Assembly: GCA_963677925.2 (NCBI GenBank) | Contig: CAXXYH010000001.1 | Coordinates: 96,001-160,000, forward strand | Length of the DNA stretch: 64,000 nucleotides | Source of the DNA: Spirochaetia bacterium | GTDB taxonomy: Bacteria > Spirochaetota > Spirochaetia > UBA9216 | Direction: 5' to 3' | Part shown: positions 21,432 to 31,300 of the stretch, piece by piece | Layout of the letters: each line of letters opens with the position of its first letter | How positions within the stretch are numbered: position 1 is the stretch's first letter | Translations under genes and position numbers: made by a program | The notes under the pieces: generated by a model | Told to the model about the DNA's origin: nothing | What the model saw: the letters and a program-made list of their open reading frames with translations, nothing else | The model's database searches: none

Positions 21432-21500
21432 TAACCTTTCTTTTTTCAGATAAAAGAAAGGTTAATTAAGAAAACCACTGCCCTCCGGGTGGTGGCGTAA
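21432..21500. repeat. Inverted-repeat element (TAACCTTTCTTTT-loop-AAAAGAAAGGTTA plus second small stem)
   Basis: 13-bp perfect IR at 21432-21464; ACCAC..GTGGT stem follows. Confidence 0.55.
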
Positions 21501-21737
21501 TATGGGGCTTAAGAGCAGCACTCAATACTTAATAATTTATATAACCCTAATATAAAGCTTAACCAATCTGTCCGCCCAAAAACGGCTCGGAAACTGCACT
21601 TTCAGGCCCTGAGCTCAAAGCGATTTCGAGGCATTAAATCTGTAAGGTGATTTATATAGTTAACCGGCAGACTTCGTAAAACAGTCAGTTGTAACAAAAT
21701 CTGCCGGCATTTCAGTTTCGCTCACCGCCCTTCCGGG

Positions 21738-21761
21738 TTCGTCTAACACGTGTTAGACGAA
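21738..21761. repeat. 24-bp perfect palindrome TTCGTCTAACACGTGTTAGACGAA
   Basis: Directly visible; contains GTCTAAC/GTTAGAC (RYYYAAC/GTTRRRY) cores; 21 nt past the stop of the putative immunity gene. Confidence 0.8.
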
Positions 21762-21782
21762 ATTTGTTGGGACGGGAGGATA

Positions 21783-22313
21783 TTACATATCAGGACCAGA
21801 ACGTCGGTAATATAAGTTTTCCGGTCCAGTGATTACATCACCGCTATAATATGCAACTTCGCCATATTGTATATCCGGTGTTTCAATTAAGCCTAAGCTG
21901 AATTTATATTGAGATTCAGTTTCAAACCAAATGCAATTATCCTTAATATAATGTACTATTATTGTTCCAATTCTATCTTTATAATCATTATATAATTCAA
22001 GTTTGTAAATATTATTTTTTATTATCTGAACCGAGGTTATTTCATACAGAATTAGACCTTGAAAATCTAAGGAGCGATTGCGTTTATATAGATCATAATC
22101 TATTTGAACTGAACTACTATTAAGATATTCACCGATACCCCAAGAAAAAGTTCGTTCAGAACCTGGAATATCTTTATATGGTTCTTCATCCCAGACGCCA
22201 AAGATTTTTGTATAAAATCCGTCAGGTAATTCAATCCCTGAATTTAGGTTATCACCTGCAAAGAGATTTATAAGAGTTAAAATGAATACTAAAAAAAGTA
22301 TAATTTTTTTCAT
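21783..22313 (-). CDS. Exported hypothetical protein, putative Rhs immunity protein
   Basis: Starts 3 nt after the Rhs stop; Sec signal MKKIILFLVFILTLINLFA; AT-rich like the toxin tip. Confidence 0.65.
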   Translation of the reverse strand: MKKIILFLVFILTLINLFAGDNLNSGIELPDGFYTKIFGVWDEEPYKDIPGSERTFSWGIGEYLNSSSVQIDYDLYKRNRSLDFQGLILYEITSVQIIKNNIYKLELYNDYKDRIGTIIVHYIKDNCIWFETESQYKFSLGLIETPDIQYGEVAYYSGDVITGPENLYYRRSGPDM

Positions 22314-22316
22314 TTT

Positions 22317-25300
22317 CTACCTCTTAACTACTGAGAATTGTCGCGGACTATAATTTTCAGAAATTGAATTTTTTACTCCTGTTGATGGATCCCAAACAAA
22401 ATTATTTCCTGAATTACCAAGATTTCGATGCATATTAGTATTGGCAGTTATTCCTTTATTTATATTGAATGACCATTCAGCATTATTTGATGTACCCAAA
22501 TTACTTATAAGATCAGATCTTCCTAATTTTGCTAGAGCGTTATCCATTATTGATAAATAATTTTCGACTTGATATTCGTACCCTGGTTTACTACCTGGTA
22601 CAAATGTCATCAAAAGAGCTGCTGAAGCTGGGTTTGAGACATTTGAAAGCTCTCCGGTTGCTTCGTTTATCATATCTAAAGGCATTGGACTACCCAACCC
22701 TACTTCAATTCCGGCCTGCGCAGTTCTATATGCACAAGCATCTGAACCATCAGGTGATAATTCGGTTTGTAAATGAAGTGAATCAAGTAATTTTGAATCA
22801 TATTGAGATTTTAATTCAGAATAAATAGCTCCATCAACACCACCCAAGCCTTCGTATTGAGCCATTTCATTCTTTAAGTCTGCTAACTCAGAATAATCAG
22901 AGATTTCCTGATCATGAAGACCATAGCCTTTCATATAACTGAAGTTATCTTTTACATATGCCTCTTGTTCTGTTATTTCAATCGGGGTTCCGGTGTCACG
23001 ATCGATATCAATATGGCCTGTGGTATCATCTGATCCGAGCATGGTTCTCAACCCCGTCGGGTCAACAAACTTCAACGGATTGTTACTTGCGTAGATGTAC
23101 CAGTTTAGGCCGTCTCTTATCGGGTCTTCTGTGGTGAATCGGCCGAGGTTCGGGTCATACCATCTGGCATTGTAGTAATACAAGCCTGTATCAGGATCAA
23201 AATCTTTTCCGGTGAACTGTGTTTTTTGCTCTGCAACATTCTGCTTGTCATTCAATTCACCGAAGGGTGTATATTCACCGTCCCATATAACATCAGCTTC
23301 CTCATCTGTTATCATGACTGTTGAACCAAGATGATCTGTATGGTAATAGTACTTTTTACTCATTGCTTCTCCTACTATACCATCTTCACGGGCAAATTTC
23401 GTAGTTTTTATATAAATATATTTTGACCAGGTAGAATCATATTTCTCTTCATAGAGGACATTTCCGTTAAGATCGAATACATAATAGTCAGTTCTTTCTT
23501 CCTTTTCTTTTTTGACACGTAATCCATCGGCATTATAAGTATAAGATGCCATTATTGTCCCGTTCTTTGATACTTGAATTAAACGGTTCAGAACATCATA
23601 GCTGTAATTACATAATTCATCGCTATCAGAGAAAGTTATACCTGATGTGCTGTCAGTAAAGCTGCTCCAGTTTGTCATAGCAGAGACCGAAACTTCCATG
23701 CTGTCAACAATAAGGGTTTTTCCTTTTGCTGTCATATTCCCGTTTGCATCATACTGATAGGCGTAATTACCATCCGTCATAAGACGGTTTGTCTTCGGAT
23801 AATAAAGGTAAGTATTGGATATAGTTCCAAAGTCTGTACTGTTTCCGGTATATGCGACATCAAGACTTGTCCTGTTGCCTGCGTTATCGTATGAATATGT
23901 TTCATTTATAAGCGATACATAATGATATATTTTTAGAATGTCTTCCGGAGACCCTTTGAATTCGCTTAAGGTTCTAAGAGGGTTATAATCAATATCCCTT
24001 TCATTGAAATCAGTCATGACTTTGATATATCGGGTTTTTACAGGCTTTTTAAGTGTTATTTCAAATCCGCCTGTTTCAGTTTCATTGACGGTAAAATCCT
24101 TCTGTTCCGCATAACTGTTTTCAGTATTGTTATCACTTACGAAGACCCTCAAGTCCTCAGCCTTTACACGTGTTATATCCTTCGCTGTAAGTTCAATTCT
24201 TGCTACCTTGTAGTTTCCGTTCAGATCAACCCCAATACTTCCAGCTGCATAATCAAGAAAGATTTCTGTCCCCTCAGTTTCAACCAGTATATTCTGACCG
24301 TTCACATCATCTGCTTCGATATAAAGTGTTTCCTGGTTAGATGTATTTTCAGGATTGATCGCGAAATCTTCTCTCAGGTAATCCGATAATAGTCTGTTAT
24401 TCAGATCATAATTATATGTACTTGCAAAAGCAGAATCATTTTTTATCAGGTCAGAAATATTACCTGCTTCATCATAATTAAGCGAATATTTTTTAACATA
24501 CTCAGCTTCCTGACCACTGAATATCCTCGATGTAAGCCGGCTTTCTCCATCATATTCAAGTGAAAGGCATACACCGTTTGATGCAGTAATAGATTTTATC
24601 AAGCCTCCGGCATCATAAACGGGGGCAGAATCTATATAGCCTTCTACTGATTGTAACTCACCAAGAAGGTTATAATTGTAACCAACTCTTCCACCATCAG
24701 GGGATGTAATACCAGTCACCAAATCCGAAAGATTATATTCATAAACTGTACTGAAAGATTTACCATCCATACTCGTTTCAACTGATTTTATCCTTCCAAA
24801 TACATCCGGTAGATAGGATTCCGGTGATGTGGAGACGGCTCCGTTGTACCCGGTAAAAACGTCATCATCAGATGACCATTTTACCTCGCCTGCTTCATCA
24901 TATGCAAAAGTAACAGATTTTTCTCCATTTGGTCCGGTGATGTTTCTGCTTAAAAGAAGTCCGCGATCATCATAGAGATAACTGCTTCTATTGCCGTTTG
25001 AATCAACATTTTCAATGAGCCTCCCTCCATAATCATAATCAAATTCTTTTAAGAATCCGGCATCTGATTCCTCTCTGACAAGTCGGTTCAGACTGTCATA
25101 ACTGTATATGATACTGTTTCCAAGCGCATCTGTTTCAAAGCTTATATTGCCGAATCTATCATATCCGTATGCTTTTTCAATAATAACGCTTGTTTCTTCA
25201 GATTTAACAGGGGCGAATTGTTTTATTAGTCTTTGGTAAGGATCATATTCAAATTTCTGGAAAATTTGAATTACATTGATTCCGTCTCTACCATACCACT

Positions 25301-28300
25301 GTTTTTCAATAAGATTCCCCGCTTCATCATAATCAAATCTGTTTATTGTATTCTCTGAGGTTCTTGAATATATCAATCGTCCGAGTTCATCATAATCCAT
25401 GTTTGTAATTTGATTTCTTGGATCAGTAATTTTTTTAAGTTCACCTCTTCTGTTATATTCATTGGAAGTGATGTAACTCTTTCCATCACCTGTTATGCTT
25501 TTCTGTTCCACCCATTGTCTAGGTGTATACTTATATTCTGTAACAAGACCGTCTACATCGGTCTGCTTTACTAAATTACCCCGTAAATCGTATTCAAAAT
25601 ACACAGAAGTCCTTGCTCCTCCGTTATTCTTGGAAGGAAGCTCAACTCGACAAAGTCTTTTAAGCTTGTCATATTCATAAGTCACCTTGAAATCAAGAGA
25701 CGGGTAATTACCGCTGTTTCCTCTTGGGTCTACTGCTGACTTGACAAGTCCGTCATCATAGTATTCATAGCTTGTTACACCATGTTCCGCATCTGTCTCT
25801 GTCTCAACATTGTTCCCAGGTGTGTAAGTGAAGGATGTTTCACATCCGTTCGGATCAATTTTACGGGTAACATTTCCATTTTCGTCATAGTAGATAAACT
25901 CTTCATTTAATTGTTCATCATCAAGAAAGTTCTTTATCTTTATAATTCTTCCAAGTTCATCGTATTGGTTTTTTATGATCCTTATTCCTTCAGAGGACAT
26001 CCTTGTTTCTTTAACATTGTTGCCCTTGCTGTCATAAAAATATTCGGTTACAGGACGTATTGCGATACTGGTATCAATAGAGCCACCTTCGTAAAATGTA
26101 TTCAGAGGCATACTCAGTTTAATTATTTGATTCAGACTGTTATATTTTTTTGTTATTACGGCGTCAGGATATGGACCTTCCTGTGCAATCAGATTTCCAA
26201 GTCCGTCATACCAGAATTCAGTAATGATTGTTTCATCATCAACAATCTGACTTTTCTTTATTACATTTCCTCTCATATCATAGATTTCAGTGCTTTGATT
26301 ATTTTCTTCATCCGTGATGGTGAGAGTATTTGTATCGTAGTTATAATCCATAGTTTTTGAAACAGCCCCAGTTGATGTCCTGTATGGATATGAAATCTCG
26401 CTTAGCCGTCCAAGAGCATTATATCTGTACCAGGTTACATACTCATGTATATCACCAGCATCTGTCATACCGGCATTGGGATTAATCATCTTTGTTACTT
26501 TTCCGAAGCGATCATATCCAAGCTCTATAACAGATGCAGTAGCTGAATCCAGATAGCTGCTCTGCTTAACCATCTGTGATAGATCGTTATATTCCCTGAC
26601 AATCTTTCTTCCAAGTGAATCCGTCATTGTTGAATACAATTGTCCATGAATATCATTGTAAAAAACATTGATGATATAGCTGCCCCCCGCATCTCCGGGT
26701 TCTGTTTTTGATACAACCCTGCCTAGTTTGTCAAAGGCTGTGGTTATTGTCTTCTGTCGGGGATCGGTTTCACTTATCAACCATCCAGAGTAATCATATT
26801 TATATCGCCACTTTATATCAGTCGGATTTCCATCAGCAGCGGAAACAGCTTTTTCTGTCTTGGTTAAAATATAATGATTGGCATCATAGGTGAATGATGT
26901 AACATGATTTTCAGAATCTGTAATTGAGGATAGGTCCCCTGCACTGTTCCATGTATATAAGGTTTTATTCCATACATTATTTGAAGAGTCCCAAAAAGAT
27001 TTTCCGTTTAGTCTGCCCTTATCATCGTATGAATAATAATTGTATGCTTTCACAGCAGTTCCCGCATTATTACCCGCCGTCCCTGCTGAGTCAATTAAGG
27101 GATTATAGTTAGTAACTTGTTCTTTAATTACAAGATTCTTTATTCGGGCAGGCACGTTTTCATTTATTAATCCTGATTCAGAATATTCTTTATATGAAGC
27201 TCCCGATGCACTTTCACCGCTGGAATAGTCACGGTAAGTGATATTTTTACGTACTCGTGAACCCGCAACTGAAGTCTCTTCAATTACCGTTCTATTACCC
27301 CAATCATCATAAGTGTAATTGGTAGTTATACTATCATTTCCTAAACCATGTGTTATTTTTTCGGATGACGGATTAACATCTGTCTCTTCGGCATAGCTAT
27401 TAGTTTTTGTTTTTAATAGTTTTAAATTTGAGCTGCTGTTATTTATTTTCTCATACCATTTTTCATTATTAAGACGGCTTCCTGAATTTTCATCATCTTC
27501 TATTGTTTCTGAAGTGATGATTCCATCTTCCTCGCTCCAGTAGGTCTTTGTTAGTTTCTTGAATTCATAATTATATGCGATATATCTATTGTGATTAAGT
27601 TCATCAACAATACTTTTAGAAATGTAATAGCCGTAGTCACTATCAGCATCTGTAAAATCATAACCGTACATAGTGGCTCTAACACTGTCTTCACTTCCTG
27701 CAGCATAATCATTGTAAACAGTTACCTGCTTTGTCAGAAGTCTGCAATATGCGTTTTCATCGTCACTCGGATGAACCGTATCGTATGTTGCTTCAATTCT
27801 GCCCATACCGGGACCTTCGATTGTTGACAGTGGTTTGTATGTATATTCTGATACTGGTTCGGCCAGATTTGAAATAATATCATATAAATCTGTATCATCA
27901 TAAAATTCTTTAAGAGCTTCGGTTAGACTGAATGGGACTGGATTTTTGGGTCCTCCGACATAATATTCATTGCCATATCCATAGGACCAGTTTCTTCCTC
28001 CAGTATCAATTGAAGAGATAAGGTAACCGTTTTCCTGAGTGTAGCTGATGCTTCTTCTATATGGATCTGCTGAATCAAGACTTATTTTTTTTATGTATGG
28101 CATATCTATAGAATCTGAAGTTTCAGCATATTCAAAGGAAAGATTTCGGCCAACTGAATCTGTTATTTTATCAATTTCATAGCTGCCACTTGCATAGCTG
28201 ACACTGATTGAAAACTCTTCATCGCTGCTTTTAATTTCTGTGGTTCTTCCTTTTCCATCAAATATATATTGTTTTCCATCTGTCAGAGTAAGTGTATATG

Positions 28301-31300
28301 AGGTGCTTATCCAGCTTTGTTCACTAGAGCCTCCTGCTCCAATAAAATATACCTCTTTGTCATTTTCCGTCTGTGTGACTAATAATGAGAAATGTTCACC
28401 GCTATGTGATTCAAGTATAAGGCTTCGCGTATCTGATTTAGCGGGAGTATTCGTTAATTGAAGCGAATTAAAACCAAACATACTTCCATCAGGCATAACA
28501 AGATATTGCTGAGCTGATGCATTCTTTATATAAGGAAGATTTAATCGCCACCCATTCCCCATTGAATAAGCATAGTCTCCCTGGTTTTCAAGATATTTCA
28601 CTACATCTACAGGGACGTCCGCATGGGTATCACTTTTTGCAACCGAAAGATCATAGTAACGTTTAAGTTCAAAATCAAACCCATTGGGTCCACTTAAAAC
28701 AAGTTCATTAACGCTCGTATGTGCATTCCCTCCCTGCGGACTGACGGTAAAACCTTCGTGATTTACATATGTTCCAAATGGAGAATATCCTGAATCAGCG
28801 ATTTCCTCAGGTGAAATATCTTCCACGGAATCTGCGACTGGAGTATAGAGCGAAAAGTGATTTGAACTGAATACAACCTTATTGTTATCCGGATCTACAG
28901 CACAGTTTTTCAGTTTGCTCCATCTACCCCATCTTTTATCAAAGCTGTAAACACTGATGTTTTCTTCAGAGTAACCGGAAGGCAGTAATGAAGGATCATA
29001 ATCGAGTACACCTATATAGGGTTCTGAAAAAAGTCTTCCCGGCGAGGTTTCTTCATCATTACTGTCGAGCAGAGTGAAATCGTATACCGAACCAACAAAA
29101 GTATGTTCAAAATTCAAGGCTTCAGCTTCTATCCAACCCGGTGCAAGTTCAGCAATTCGTATACTTTGAGCATCCGGAGGCAGGCTTTCTGTATTTATAA
29201 ACAGCAAAGATGTTTCATACTCGGCCTTTACATTTCCACTGTCAGGAATAACCTGTGTTTCAATACCCGGTACAGCATTTATCGTATCGGTAAAACCGCT
29301 CTTATTCTCTGCACGATCAACAGCACGTACTTTGTAGGAATATTCAAAGCCGTTTAATACTTCGGTATCGGTAAATACCTGATTATCTTCTCTTCTTGAT
29401 ATGCAGAGCTGTTCTCCATCATCCCATTGAGGACTTCTAATAATTTCATATGAAATTACATCGGATTCACCGGCAGACCAATATAGATTAAGCTCAGCAT
29501 TTCCAGGAATTATATCGAAAGTTGTAAGAGCTTCGGGTGGAATTGTATCGGTTTTTGTTTCGGCATATGAATATGTCATATGTCCTGCTTTATCTACAGC
29601 TCTAACAGCAATTTTGTGTTCACCTTCATCCTGAACAGGCAGCTGGTACGGGCTTTCAATTACATAGTAGCTGCCTTCATCAATTGATATCTCGTAATAA
29701 TCAATACCGGATGTGGCATCCGTCGTTTTAAAACTGATTACAGGATGATTATCAGAAGTCCAACCGGCAGGAGTTACATCAACTGTAAAATCAACCGGTT
29801 GTACAGTATCCACTGTATAATCAAGATAATCCTGCCTAGTATTTCCAGCCTGATCTTTTAAAACCAGGGGAAGTGAATAAAACCCGTCTGAAAGAGAGAT
29901 TGTTTTTTCAAATATTCCGCCTCCTCCGGGTACTACCAAACCATTCATAAAAACTGAAAGCTCACTTTCATCTGATACTGTGATTACAAAAGTATTTACA
30001 CTTTCAGATAGTATTGAACCTCTTTCCGGTGATAAACCTGTTAACACCGGAGCATTTACATCACAGAAAACAGATATGCTGTCGCTTGAAGTTCTCCCGA
30101 ATTGATCCGTCAAAGTTACTGTAATATTATTATTGACTCCACTTACAAGACTTACTGAAGCAACAGTAAACAAAGTTCCATCATCTTGCACTTCATAACC
30201 TTCGCATTCAATTTCGTATGTTCCGGCAACTGATAAAATACCTGTCACGTCAATCTGCTGTGCTGATGTATAATCAATATCGTCAGGCTTGCTGATTTCA
30301 AGAACAGGTTCTGTTGTGACAAGGAAGACACGTCTTTGAAGCAGAGCAAATACGCCCTGTGTCCGATGAACGAATTTAATCGTAATAATATTAAGTCCCG
30401 GAACAAGTTCTACATCTTTGGAATAGCGCCGGCTGCTGCCGTCAACTATTTCATCATTGATATATACAGAAGCTGAGGGATTAGTCCTTCCTGCTACTTT
30501 GATTGTATCATCAAGAGTATAAATAATTTCTTCACTCAGATCACAATTATAGACATTGCTGTCAATATTTGACCAATATATAGTTTTCTCAGTGGTCCTT
30601 CCTTCTAACTCCGTTGCAGATATATGAAGTGCATATTCACCGTCTGTGATAATATCACCCGGCATGTTTGCAATCCAGAAAAGGTTACCGATATTCTGTG
30701 CCTCTTCATCATTAAGACTGATAACAGCATTCTCATCATCGACATAACCTACCGCGAACATTGTACCGAGTTTGCTTTGTTCAATAACTTCGCCGTTTTT
30801 TGGCCAGTACATTTGAATCTGCGGAGCACTATCGGTTATTCTACTGCCTTTAACTGTAACACCGTATTGCGTTCCCGATGTCAATCCTTCAATTCGTATG
30901 CAATCAGCTGACAGGTTAACATTATTTCCTGATTCTGAAAGATAAACCGAATATTTTAATGTATGAGCAGTTAACGCGCTCCAGGATAATTCAAACCATT
31001 GATTTTCTGATCTGTAAAAAATCCTCTCATTGAAAATATTATTAGTTGTAAATAGAACTTCTTCAAGTGAAATATCCGAATTAAGATCGATCTCATAATA
31101 ACCGGTTGAATCTGCTGTAAAATAATCCGGTACTCCAGTATTGTTGAGAATGCCCGTTCTTGAAATACCGGAAATTGAACCGCGGATAAGATGATTGTCA
31201 AGGGACTCAAGTCTCAGGAAGTTATCTCCATTCCAAAGTAAATCGTTATCAATTTTAACCTGATAAAAAAAGGCTTCATCTGTTTCTTTTAATAGAGGAA

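Noticed and set aside
21366-21782. Orphan Rhs tip/immunity array or CRISPR array
   Set aside because: No ORF with RHS-core remnant and no regularly spaced direct repeats; only hairpins.
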